From a virus, in the IMG/VR virus record IMGVR_UViG_3300021389_000005, positions 1 to 64,000 of that record: DNA of 64,000 bases; one strand, 5' to 3'. Below, one piece after another: positions 9,770-19,298 of this stretch (its first letter is position 1; each line of letters begins with the position of its first letter). The translations under genes were made by a program, and so were the position numbers. Below the pieces are notes generated by a model. The model had not been told where the DNA came from, ran no database searches, and saw nothing but the letters and a program-made list of their open reading frames with translations.

Positions 9770-11269
9770 ATGGATTTAGAACATAATATTTTAGCAGTAG
9801 TAGAACCAGCTTTAATGCCAACAGAAATAGAAATATATGCTGCTGGCGAAGAAGAAGGCGGTGATAAACAAACTAAGAACACTGGTAATATTGAGCCATT
9901 TATAATGGTAAATAAATATGTTTTCGGTAGAGACAATATACAAAGCGTAGAATTAGATTTATCTGGAATTGTACCTAAGTGCGAAATTTCAGTTATCGAT
10001 AATAAACAAGCATTTGATGTTGATCACTATCCTAGAGATGGTGATTCTTTCGTTATTTTATTCAATTCTAAGAATCAAGAAACTTTTAAATCTATTCATA
10101 TGGATTTCGATATTACTGAAATAACAAATGAAAGAGAAGTTGATGGTGAACCACCTACAATTAACATGAGCGGTATTGCTAAAGTACCTAAATTGTTTGC
10201 AGAAAATTGTCAAACACTAGACGCAGCTGGATCATTGGATCATTTAGAAATGGTGGCAAGAGAACTTCAATTAGGTTTAGCAACAAACATAGACGCTACT
10301 GATGATAGTCAATCTAGAATACAAGCATATGAAACTTATTTAGAATTTATAAAATCAATAGCTAAAGATTCATATATTGATGAAGAATCATTTACTAAAT
10401 TTTATATAGATCAATATTATTATTTGAACTACGTTGAAGTTAATAAGATTTTTAACTCATCTAACCCCGATATAAACGATTTACAAGTTGCGTTGGCTTC
10501 TGCCGCGGTTTCTTATGGAGAAGATGGAGATCAAGAAGGAGAAGATCCTGATGATATTGAAATGCCATTAATGCTTACTAATAACCGTGAGGTACAAGGT
10601 ATGAATAACTACGCTGACAAAGTTGAACTTATTAATAATTCTAGTAAAATAAGCTTAAAGGCTGGTAATAAAAGAAACGTAATGATCTATGATAATAATA
10701 GTGATTCTGATAGATTACAACAATTTGACATAGAGCCATTAAGTTCTACTAATCTTAGAGATATTGAAGAGCCATTAAAGGGTAAAAGAACAGAAGAACG
10801 TTATCAAGAAAATGTTAAGTTTAAGTATATGGGTAGACAAAATGCTGGAGATGACGGTTTAGGTAATACACATAAAAATGCCATATACTCTAAATTATTT
10901 CAAAAGCAAAATGAAATGGAAACACAAAAGATGAAAGTAAAGGTTACTTTGAGTAGCTTTAACCCTGCTCTTTATAAGTTTCAAAAGATTCCACTGCTTA
11001 TGTACCATTACGATGGCGTTAAAATTAAAGCCGCTGAAGAAGCTCAAGCCAAACAAGATGAAGCTGGTTTTAGTGAGCAAGCTATAATTCCAGACACTGG
11101 TGAAAGAGAAGAAGAATCAAATTCACAAGTAGTAGATAGATTTTTAACAGGATTTTATATTATTGAAAACATAAACATAAACTATGACCTAGAATCTGGC
11201 TTATCTCAAGAGGTTACTTTGATTAGAAGAGAGTGGCCTACTAAAGTTGCAGATTTAAAAGAAGAATAG
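9770..11269 (+). CDS. Baseplate hub protein (gp27/GpD-like)
   Basis: Lies between gp53-like and spike genes; FYIDQYYYLNY and C-terminal LTGFYIIENINI...QEVTLIRR patterns. Confidence 0.55.
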   Translation: MDLEHNILAVVEPALMPTEIEIYAAGEEEGGDKQTKNTGNIEPFIMVNKYVFGRDNIQSVELDLSGIVPKCEISVIDNKQAFDVDHYPRDGDSFVILFNSKNQETFKSIHMDFDITEITNEREVDGEPPTINMSGIAKVPKLFAENCQTLDAAGSLDHLEMVARELQLGLATNIDATDDSQSRIQAYETYLEFIKSIAKDSYIDEESFTKFYIDQYYYLNYVEVNKIFNSSNPDINDLQVALASAAVSYGEDGDQEGEDPDDIEMPLMLTNNREVQGMNNYADKVELINNSSKISLKAGNKRNVMIYDNNSDSDRLQQFDIEPLSSTNLRDIEEPLKGKRTEERYQENVKFKYMGRQNAGDDGLGNTHKNAIYSKLFQKQNEMETQKMKVKVTLSSFNPALYKFQKIPLLMYHYDGVKIKAAEEAQAKQDEAGFSEQAIIPDTGEREEESNSQVVDRFLTGFYIIENININYDLESGLSQEVTLIRREWPTKVADLKEE

Positions 11270-11287
11270 AAATAGAATATATAGGAT

Positions 11288-12661
11288 ATGGCAGGTCAAC
11301 AAGATTTATATAAAAATACAACTGAGTTTAGAAAGGGAAGTCCACTTAGAACAATTAATGAGGATCCAACTTACTTGAGCTGGTTAATCATGTTTGATAA
11401 GACATCTGACGGATCTCCTCTTTTTAATGGAGCTGCTGAGAAATATTTATTAGAAACAGTAGGTGGAGACTATGGTAAAGGATTGGCAGCTACTCTAAAT
11501 GCATTTAAAACTTTATTATTTAAAATTAATACAGATATGCCTTGGTTTTGGCAAACACTTTCTGGTTTAGAACAGTCACAGATATATGAAAACCTATCAG
11601 AGCCTTATTGGGGTGCAAAAGATCCTAAACTAGAAATAGAATGTCTAGAAGAAACTGTTGATTTAACAGTTATATCTTTAATGGACTTGTACAAAAGATC
11701 TGTATATGATTTTAACAGATGGATTGAAATAATTCCATTTAATTTAAGGCATTTTAGAATGCAAATATACATTTCTGAAATTAGACAATTTCAACTAGAT
11801 ACACACGCTAAAGATTTAGATTTTACATACAAACCAGGAGGACCGGCACATAAAAATCAGACAGAACCTAAAACTTTACATCAACAATTAAATTTAACAG
11901 CAAAGCCATTTATTAAATTACAATTTGATTTTTGTGAGTTTGACATTGATGCTATATCTACTATGTATGCAGATATTACAAAAAACCCTGAACTAAGAAA
12001 ACCTAAAATTGCTATTAAGTGGCAATCGGTGAGGAATGCTGGTCAAAAATATCCAAACGATACAGAAGCTACCGAAGGATTAGGTGTTGTTGGAAAGCTT
12101 AACCCATATGATTTTGGCCCGTTTGATCCTTTACAATCGGTTAAAGACGCAGCTAACGATAAGCTTAAAGATATTAAAGAAGGTGTAATGGGTAAAATAG
12201 ATAATTTTAAAGGTGCATTTTCTCAAGAACCAAATGGAATAGCAAACGTTTATGGCCATAGTAGAACTGGACTTAGCGGTCCTTTAGCGAGTTTAGCTGA
12301 TCAAGCAATTGATAATTTAACAGCTAGTTTGTTACTAGGAAACGTACACGGTGCCAACACACTAAGTAATATACAAGATGCTATTACTTCTGGAAGTGTA
12401 AATGCTATTGCTAATTTAGCTGGACAATTATTTAGCGGCAAGAGCGACAGTGTACCAGGAGATTTATCACCAGGTAACATACACCCAACTGATAATTTTG
12501 CATTAGATTCATCACCAGACGGTAATATTACACCTAAGAAAGTATATGATGATATACCTGCCGACAGAGATGATCCAATTAACGATAATGTATATGGTGG
12601 TCCAAACACAGGTGTAGATTCATCACCAGACGGTAACTTAAACGATAACGTACATGAATGA
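11288..12661 (+). CDS. Putative tail/baseplate structural protein
   Basis: 457 aa within the baseplate block, AATATATA at 11276; C-terminal DSSPDGN repeats. Confidence 0.45.
   Translation: MAGQQDLYKNTTEFRKGSPLRTINEDPTYLSWLIMFDKTSDGSPLFNGAAEKYLLETVGGDYGKGLAATLNAFKTLLFKINTDMPWFWQTLSGLEQSQIYENLSEPYWGAKDPKLEIECLEETVDLTVISLMDLYKRSVYDFNRWIEIIPFNLRHFRMQIYISEIRQFQLDTHAKDLDFTYKPGGPAHKNQTEPKTLHQQLNLTAKPFIKLQFDFCEFDIDAISTMYADITKNPELRKPKIAIKWQSVRNAGQKYPNDTEATEGLGVVGKLNPYDFGPFDPLQSVKDAANDKLKDIKEGVMGKIDNFKGAFSQEPNGIANVYGHSRTGLSGPLASLADQAIDNLTASLLLGNVHGANTLSNIQDAITSGSVNAIANLAGQLFSGKSDSVPGDLSPGNIHPTDNFALDSSPDGNITPKKVYDDIPADRDDPINDNVYGGPNTGVDSSPDGNLNDNVHE
12504..12636 (+). repeat. 22-bp intragenic direct repeat TAGATTCATCACCAGACGGTAA
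   Basis: Copies at 12504-12525 and 12615-12636 encoding DSSPDGN. Confidence 0.85.
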
Positions 12662-13370
12662 TAAAGAACTTTTTAAAGACAACATTAGAGAAACTCACTG
12701 GCTTGGTGAGGTAGTTGTTAATGAAGATCCATTACTGCAAGGAAGGTGTAGAGTAAAGGTTTATGGTAAATTCGATACACTAACAGAAGACGCTATTCCA
12801 TGGGCAACTCCTATGAATAGAGACCAAGTAGGTGCACATTCAGTACCTAGAGTTGGAGATATAGTTGCAGTTAGATTTGATAATGGAAATATTTACCACC
12901 CAGAATATTGGTTTCAGATTGATCAAAACCCAGATTTAAAGACAGATATATTGGAATCATCTGATGCACCACATGATGTGATTAGTTTAGTATATGATGC
13001 AGAAAGAAATGTTAGAATATATCATTCCCCAGAAGATGGCTTAGTTATTACTAGAGGTAGTGGTGCTAAAGAAAGACCAATGATACAAATAGACGAAGAA
13101 GGATTCATTAAGATAAGCACAGATGCGAAGATGTTCTTAGACTGTGGTGATATATTCGTTTCAAATGAAGGTGAACCTGGAGCAGATGAGACAGAGCCAG
13201 CAGTAAGAGGTCAATCTCTACAAGATTGGTTACAAACTTTATTAGACGATTATAATGCACATATTCACCCAACAGGTGTTGGACCATCAGGTCCACCGAT
13301 GCCACCTACACCAGCAACTGTAGGTAAATTATCTAGTACTCATATTAACTATCAACAAAAAGGTAAATAA
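12654..13370 (+). CDS. gp5: Baseplate central spike (gp5/GpV OB-fold), without a lysozyme domain
   Basis: GEVVVNEDPLLQGRCRVKVYG...IPWA...VPRVGDIVAVRF OB-fold; C-terminal HIH metal-binding tip motif. Confidence 0.85.
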   Translation: MNDKELFKDNIRETHWLGEVVVNEDPLLQGRCRVKVYGKFDTLTEDAIPWATPMNRDQVGAHSVPRVGDIVAVRFDNGNIYHPEYWFQIDQNPDLKTDILESSDAPHDVISLVYDAERNVRIYHSPEDGLVITRGSGAKERPMIQIDEEGFIKISTDAKMFLDCGDIFVSNEGEPGADETEPAVRGQSLQDWLQTLLDDYNAHIHPTGVGPSGPPMPPTPATVGKLSSTHINYQQKGK

Positions 13371-13372
13371 TT

Positions 13373-15358
13373 ATGCCCGTAATTTGGCCATCATTTATCA
13401 GCGCAGCGGCTAATACAATTTCAAGCCACGAGTTTACAAAACCAGGTGGACTTGCAACAGCGTCGTACGAAACACCTAAAGTTGGAGCAGATCAAGTTAA
13501 TATTTTTCCACCATCACCTGAGCTCATAGAAGCTATAAAACCAGGAAATCCGCTAAATGCTAATTTAGCTACTAATCCTACACAGTTTACTAATATTGGA
13601 AATACTAATCCATTAAGCGGTAGATTTGATTTTGGTAAAGCCATTGCTCAAGACTATTTAGATGCAGTTAAAGGTATGGCTATGACACCAGTTGGAGCAA
13701 CACATACAAATAATGGTATTGCTGAACAACTATTATTAAATGGATATGGTTTAGTATTTGAGAGGTTATTAAAAGAAGGTGATATACCATTAATGGACCA
13801 AAAGGATGAGGACGGAAATATAACTGAAGTTGGTAAAGAGTCTCATCCTGACTACGCTGATCTTTGTCCCGAACCTATAGTACCACCAGACCCTATAGAA
13901 GAAGAGAAGAAAATTGAAAAAAAATTTAGTAAGTTTATTGAAGAATCCAAAGAAGATCCTTTTTATGATCTATATAAGTTTAGATTTTTTCAATTTCATT
14001 GTTTAGACGGAAAAGAATCTGCAAGTGATATTATTGATTTATTTGCAAATAGACTTTTGCAGCAATTCGATTCGCTTGATACTTCTGGAAGTTGGAGTAG
14101 CACTGTAAATAGAAGATTTAACTATATTAGATGGGCTACAAGTTTAGGTAAAGCAAATTATGAAAATTTCAATGCAAACGATTATTATTATGCTAGCTCA
14201 GATTGGAAAAGTAGATTCCCATACGTCAATGTCTCTATTAAAACTAGGAACGGAATTAAAAATGCAGGTTATAATGATTGGCAACAAATAGTAGATGGCG
14301 TTTCTAGGGTGTTTAAAGAAGCAATAGATGTTGCATTTCCAACGTTTGAGGTTATGGTTCCTGCAGAAGGAAATCGAGAATCATATCTTTATGTAGAACA
14401 AGATATGTATAAAAGAGTAGCTAAAGGTAGAATGGCGCCAACTCCAATGCCATCACCAGATTTAAGTGAAGATGTGCTTTGCCCGTTAGATCAATACAAG
14501 TGTCAAGTTTCTTATAACAGGGAGCGTGGGACATATCAAAATGCAGAGGGTAATACAGTTACAATTACAAGCAAAAGACCTAAGATATTGACTGATCACG
14601 TAGTAACTTTCTTTTCATATGATAATGGTGCATTAGAAGATGTTAATAACTTTAATGAATTTAATTCAGGTAATCTAGACGAAGGTGAAGCTGCTAACGT
14701 TGTATTAAACGACGATAATAAGATTTTATGGTGGGACAAAGATGATCAATATGTAAAAACCCAATATGAAATTTTAGAGTATGAAACAAAATGGACAAAG
14801 ATACCTGCTGCGGTAAGTAATATTAGTCCTGCTGCTACTGATGCTAAAGCAGTCTTAACTCAATTTTTATCTATTGACCCAAAACAAGGTGGAACTGTTT
14901 TTAAATTTCAATATGATCAAGCTAAGAAATCAAAAGAAGCCGCAGAAGAATGCGATGAACTAGAAGAAGGCGCAGAAATTGCATTTACTTGGCCAGGTGG
15001 AGATCCATACGAAGAAATGGCAGAAATTACGATTGCGTATTGGTATGCTTGTATTGTAAAACCATTTGCACCATCAACATCTATGCCTCCCGCGTTAATA
15101 CCACCGCCACTTACAGGTATTTATGTGCCTATTTATTATGGTGGAAAAACTAGATTAGCTAATAATTTAAGAAGAGCTTGGAACTCTGGCAAATCATTTA
15201 TGATTCCGCCAACAAAACCACCAGCGACTGTAGTCGCTACTGCATTAGCTGCTACTTATGCTATGCATTTATTAGAATTTAAATTACTTTATTTAGGTGG
15301 AATTCCGACACCTGCTGGACCTGTCCCTATGGTAGGTTTTGTACCTGTCGTGTTCTAA
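13373..15358 (+). CDS. Hypothetical virion protein adjacent to the spike
   Basis: 661 aa, Pro-rich hydrophobic termini, starts 2 nt after the spike gene. Confidence 0.5.
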   Translation: MPVIWPSFISAAANTISSHEFTKPGGLATASYETPKVGADQVNIFPPSPELIEAIKPGNPLNANLATNPTQFTNIGNTNPLSGRFDFGKAIAQDYLDAVKGMAMTPVGATHTNNGIAEQLLLNGYGLVFERLLKEGDIPLMDQKDEDGNITEVGKESHPDYADLCPEPIVPPDPIEEEKKIEKKFSKFIEESKEDPFYDLYKFRFFQFHCLDGKESASDIIDLFANRLLQQFDSLDTSGSWSSTVNRRFNYIRWATSLGKANYENFNANDYYYASSDWKSRFPYVNVSIKTRNGIKNAGYNDWQQIVDGVSRVFKEAIDVAFPTFEVMVPAEGNRESYLYVEQDMYKRVAKGRMAPTPMPSPDLSEDVLCPLDQYKCQVSYNRERGTYQNAEGNTVTITSKRPKILTDHVVTFFSYDNGALEDVNNFNEFNSGNLDEGEAANVVLNDDNKILWWDKDDQYVKTQYEILEYETKWTKIPAAVSNISPAATDAKAVLTQFLSIDPKQGGTVFKFQYDQAKKSKEAAEECDELEEGAEIAFTWPGGDPYEEMAEITIAYWYACIVKPFAPSTSMPPALIPPPLTGIYVPIYYGGKTRLANNLRRAWNSGKSFMIPPTKPPATVVATALAATYAMHLLEFKLLYLGGIPTPAGPVPMVGFVPVVF

Positions 15359-15368
15359 AAAATAGAAG

Positions 15369-15376
15369 GATATATA
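15369..15376 (+). promoter_or_regulatory. Putative late promoter GATATATA
   Basis: Upstream of the S1-like gene. Confidence 0.55.
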
Positions 15377-15403
15377 ATATGTTACACTCTTAATATAAAA
15401 AAA

Positions 15404-16702
15404 ATGACAAACAAATCAAAAAGAGCTAGAATCGGCGAAACTACGGTCACTCTAGCAGAAAAGACAGTAGAATCAAATACTGAAACAGTAGTAGAATCAA
15501 CAACTAAGAAAGAGGAAATAGAAGATACCAATGATCAATGGTATAATGCAGAAGGAGAATTCATGTGGGACGAATATGAAGCTACTTGTGTAACTAGACT
15601 TAGAAAACCAAATCCACATATTAAAACCAGAAACGGTGACAAGGTTTATTCCAGAGAATTATATGCTCAAGAGTTATATGATAAGATGGAAGTATACGAA
15701 TCTAATGTCAACATGCTACCTGAATTAATTGAAGGTGGAATATATGACGGTACAGTATTTGCTGTGACTTCAGATTTTATCACGGTCGACGTGGGTTATA
15801 GAGAATCTGTTTATATTAAGTTTGAAAAAGAGCCTGAACATGTTCAAGCCCTTAAACCTGGAGAAGCTACTTCAGTGTTGATCACAACGTATAGGCCAGG
15901 ATCACATGTTATTGGAAGCATCAGCGGTGGTGTTAAGCAAAAAACATTTATGGATCTAAGAGACGGTGTTGAAAAAGGTGACACTGCTTGGGTAGGTACA
16001 GTTGTAAATATGATAGAAAACGGAGGTTACATAGTTAACGTTCAGGGAATAGATTGCTTTATGCCTGGATCATTAGCTGGAATTAACAAGCTACATGACT
16101 TTAGCTCTATTATAGGGACTGAAATGTATGTTGTTCCTGTTAGTTTCTCACCAGACAGAGGCACATTAGTTGTTTCACATAGAAAATATTTACAAGCATT
16201 AATTCCTACTGCAATAGAAGAATTAAAAGAATCTATTGATAATGAACAAACAGGACATGTAACAGGTACTGCAAAATATGGAGTATTTGTTGAGTTCAAT
16301 AAATGTTTAACGGGTATGATTCATAACAATGACTTAGACGAAGATACATTAGTTAAGTTTAAGGCCAGAGAAATTAAACCCGGTGATGAAATTTCATTTA
16401 AAGTCAAAGACATTGTAAGCGAAAAGAAAATTACACTAACGCAAAAGGTAAACGTACAAATTAATCCATGGTCGGACATTACAACTAGAATTCAAATTCC
16501 TTCTAATGTTACTGCTATTGTTAAAACAAAAAAGGATTATGGTTTATTCATTACTATAGAGGATGGTGTAACTGGATTGCTACATATTAGTGAAATAGGA
16601 GAAGAAACAATGTCAGTCTTTAAACCCGGTGATGAAATTACTGTGCAGATTACAAGAATAGACGTTGACTCAATGAAAGTATTTCTTAAACTGCCACAAT
16701 AA
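15404..16702 (+). CDS. rpsA: Ribosomal protein S1-like protein (about 4 S1 domains)
   Basis: VDVGYRES, GGYIVNVQGIDCFMPGS, VVSHRKYL, YGVFVEF...GMIH, NPW, DYGLFITIEDGVTGLLHISEI: bS1 domain patterns. Confidence 0.8.
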   Translation: MTNKSKRARIGETTVTLAEKTVESNTETVVESTTKKEEIEDTNDQWYNAEGEFMWDEYEATCVTRLRKPNPHIKTRNGDKVYSRELYAQELYDKMEVYESNVNMLPELIEGGIYDGTVFAVTSDFITVDVGYRESVYIKFEKEPEHVQALKPGEATSVLITTYRPGSHVIGSISGGVKQKTFMDLRDGVEKGDTAWVGTVVNMIENGGYIVNVQGIDCFMPGSLAGINKLHDFSSIIGTEMYVVPVSFSPDRGTLVVSHRKYLQALIPTAIEELKESIDNEQTGHVTGTAKYGVFVEFNKCLTGMIHNNDLDEDTLVKFKAREIKPGDEISFKVKDIVSEKKITLTQKVNVQINPWSDITTRIQIPSNVTAIVKTKKDYGLFITIEDGVTGLLHISEIGEETMSVFKPGDEITVQITRIDVDSMKVFLKLPQ

Positions 16703-16717
16703 GTTCAACGTGAGTGT

Positions 16718-16725
16718 GATATATA
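16718..16725 (+). promoter_or_regulatory. Putative late promoter GATATATA
   Basis: Upstream of the amidoligase-like gene. Confidence 0.55.
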
Positions 16726-16750
16726 ATCAAACGGTAATATCATACTCTAG

Positions 16751-18061
16751 ATGCAAAAACTTAATATAAAATCTACAAAGGAACAGATCTTGAACTCTGC
16801 ACAAATAGGTGTGGAGTTCGAGTTCTATTCTAACTTGAGCCTTCAAGAGACCCAGAAATCTATTTCTGATCTATTGAATAGAAAAATTCAGTTAGAAGAC
16901 AAAGCGCATTCCGATTTTGTACCTGATGACAAAGTCTTTAAAATGGAACCTGATATGTCAGGTGGTAAAGGACTTATAGAATTGGTAACTGGTCCAATTC
17001 CTTACAGAAATGCTAGGGTAATTATCATTAAAATGCTGGATTGGATTGATAAAAACGGATATACTAACGATCGTGCTAGTATTCACTTAAACATGTCATT
17101 TCAAACTGACTACTTAGAAGATCCTATAATGGTTTCTAAAATGAACGTTCTTAAATTCATTTTAGATTTTGATGAGCAACAAGTTTACAATTTCTTCCCT
17201 TCTAGAGAGGGTTCAACATACGCTAAAAGTATAAAATGGGTTATGCCAGCAAGAGAAGCATATTACTTCGATGAAGATCATATTTCACCGATGAATTTTA
17301 TTTTTGCTAATTCTAAATATTACGGTATAAACTTTGAAAAAGCCCAAAAGAATTACTTAGAGTTTAGATACATCGGTGGAGAAGACTACCATAAACGCAA
17401 AGAAGAGATACTTTATTTGTGTGAAAGATTTATTATGCAAATGTGGAAATCATGTAATAATCCTAGGTTTTCATCACAAAATAGAATAGAACTTAAAAGA
17501 ATTCTTAATAAGAATAAACCACTTATAGAATCTTTAAAAGATCATACTAAATTAAATAAATACTTTCCTAAAATACATGTGTTAGTTGATTTACAAGATA
17601 ATGATCAAGTTATTAAAGTTCAATGGGCTAGAATAAAGAATAAAGTAATTGATTTAATAGCCAACGGTACAATGGAAAAGGGTATTATTAACTATGATTC
17701 AGATTACGGTACTATTCAAGTAAAAGACGGTGTATTCTCTGCTATATTTCTTTTAGACGGATATGAATTCATAGATTGCGAATTAAGAGGTAATGTAGAA
17801 AATGCATCTATTTATGGAGGTGAAGTAATTGGATCTATGCTTAAAAGATGTAATCTTTATAGCAGTGCTGAAATAAAAGACAGCAAAATAGAATCATGTT
17901 ATGTTAACGGTAGTGTAACTGCTAATAACTGTTTTATATTTGGACGCGATGGTGTGTTTAAAGGTAGAACAATCGGTGGTATATACAGAGAAGGCTTTTT
18001 AGGAAAAGATGCCAGAATAGGAGATACTACTGAAGTTGTAGTTAGTAAAAAAATAAATTAA
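16751..18061 (+). CDS. Amidoligase-like (COOH-NH2 ligase fold) protein with a C-terminal beta-helix-like region
   Basis: IGVEFEF, EPDMS, IELVTGP, ASIHLN, KYYGINF, LEFRYIGG motifs. Confidence 0.7.
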   Translation: MQKLNIKSTKEQILNSAQIGVEFEFYSNLSLQETQKSISDLLNRKIQLEDKAHSDFVPDDKVFKMEPDMSGGKGLIELVTGPIPYRNARVIIIKMLDWIDKNGYTNDRASIHLNMSFQTDYLEDPIMVSKMNVLKFILDFDEQQVYNFFPSREGSTYAKSIKWVMPAREAYYFDEDHISPMNFIFANSKYYGINFEKAQKNYLEFRYIGGEDYHKRKEEILYLCERFIMQMWKSCNNPRFSSQNRIELKRILNKNKPLIESLKDHTKLNKYFPKIHVLVDLQDNDQVIKVQWARIKNKVIDLIANGTMEKGIINYDSDYGTIQVKDGVFSAIFLLDGYEFIDCELRGNVENASIYGGEVIGSMLKRCNLYSSAEIKDSKIESCYVNGSVTANNCFIFGRDGVFKGRTIGGIYREGFLGKDARIGDTTEVVVSKKIN

Positions 18062-18064
18062 AAA

Positions 18065-18919
18065 ATGAGTGAAATTAGAAGCGGCGGTTATGCCGGTAAC
18101 GACAATAATTTAATAACACCTAGGAATTTTGGGACAAATTGCCTAAACTCTTTTTTAGAAGAAATTGCAGATGAAATTACAGGTGCATGTATGTTGCCTG
18201 TAAATTTGCCACAAAAAGAAGTTATTAACATAATTAAAAGGGCTAAGAAATGGATGTATAAGAAATATGAGGACTCTGTTAGAGAAAACTATTATCATAT
18301 TCCATTTGAGACTTTTAATTCAGAATATTTTATAGACAATAGGGTTCTTAATTTGCCTGCACCTGGCATAGATGGTGGCGGTGGAGTATTTTCAGTATAT
18401 GGTGTATATGATTTAACATCTGGTTGGAATTCAGTTGGATCTGGAATGGATCTTAGATTCCAGCCTGGTGCAGATTTTGCATTAGAAAGAATGTTATTTA
18501 GAAATATGTATAATGGATCAGGTCCTGCGGAAGCTGCAGAAGAATTACAATATTATGTATTAAATGCTTCATTAGCTGACATGTCAAGACAAATTTTAGA
18601 AAATCCTATTTCTTATCAGTATCAAAGAAACACTGGTGAATTAAAGATTATGGGTGACACGCCAAAGGGTGACGTTATATTAGAGCTTTATGAGACTATT
18701 CCAGACTGTGCGTTATACGACGATGAAATATTCTTTAGATATGTTAGTGCTAAAATAAAACAATCATTAGGCGCTAAGTTAGGTATCTTTAAATTTGCTT
18801 TACCTGGTAACGTTGAGTTTGACTATAGTGCTATAAAAGATATGGGTGACACTGAACTAGAGGCCATAGAAGAAGAAATCAAAGGAGATGAAGGTGTAGA
18901 CTTCATGTTCCATAGTTAA
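18065..18919 (+). CDS. gp13: Neck/head-completion protein (gp13-like)
   Basis: C-terminal RYVSAKIKQSLGAKLGIFKFALPGNVEFDYSAIKDMGDTEL matches the gp13-type LPG.v.hd...i....E pattern. Confidence 0.7.
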   Translation: MSEIRSGGYAGNDNNLITPRNFGTNCLNSFLEEIADEITGACMLPVNLPQKEVINIIKRAKKWMYKKYEDSVRENYYHIPFETFNSEYFIDNRVLNLPAPGIDGGGGVFSVYGVYDLTSGWNSVGSGMDLRFQPGADFALERMLFRNMYNGSGPAEAAEELQYYVLNASLADMSRQILENPISYQYQRNTGELKIMGDTPKGDVILELYETIPDCALYDDEIFFRYVSAKIKQSLGAKLGIFKFALPGNVEFDYSAIKDMGDTELEAIEEEIKGDEGVDFMFHS

Positions 18920-18940
18920 AAAATTGAGATACATATATAA

Positions 18941-19297
18941 ATGGATTTTTATATAAAAACTTTAGGAGACCCAAACTGGAATAGAACACAAGTTCAAACC
19001 AATGGAGAAATAGAACAGCTCATTCAACAAATAGAGACTATTTTATTTACCGGAAAGGCTGATGTTTTAGGATCACCTGGATTTGGATGTGATTTAGAAA
19101 ACTACATATATTCTCTAGGATATAACGAAGGTCAACTAAAAGACGTGTTAGATACACAAATTAAATATTATTGTCCTTTAGCACAAAAATACAGCGTTTC
19201 AACTAAGATTAACTTTCTTAAGGGTAGCGTTAGAGATATTGCATATATTGATATTACAGTAGACAGCAAATATCTCGTACAATTAAACATTAGATAA
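18941..19297 (+). CDS. gp25: Baseplate wedge protein gp25-like
   Basis: IETILFTGKADVLGSPGFGCDL; directly upstream of the gp6-like gene. Confidence 0.8.
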   Translation: MDFYIKTLGDPNWNRTQVQTNGEIEQLIQQIETILFTGKADVLGSPGFGCDLENYIYSLGYNEGQLKDVLDTQIKYYCPLAQKYSVSTKINFLKGSVRDIAYIDITVDSKYLVQLNIR

Positions 19298-19298
19298 A

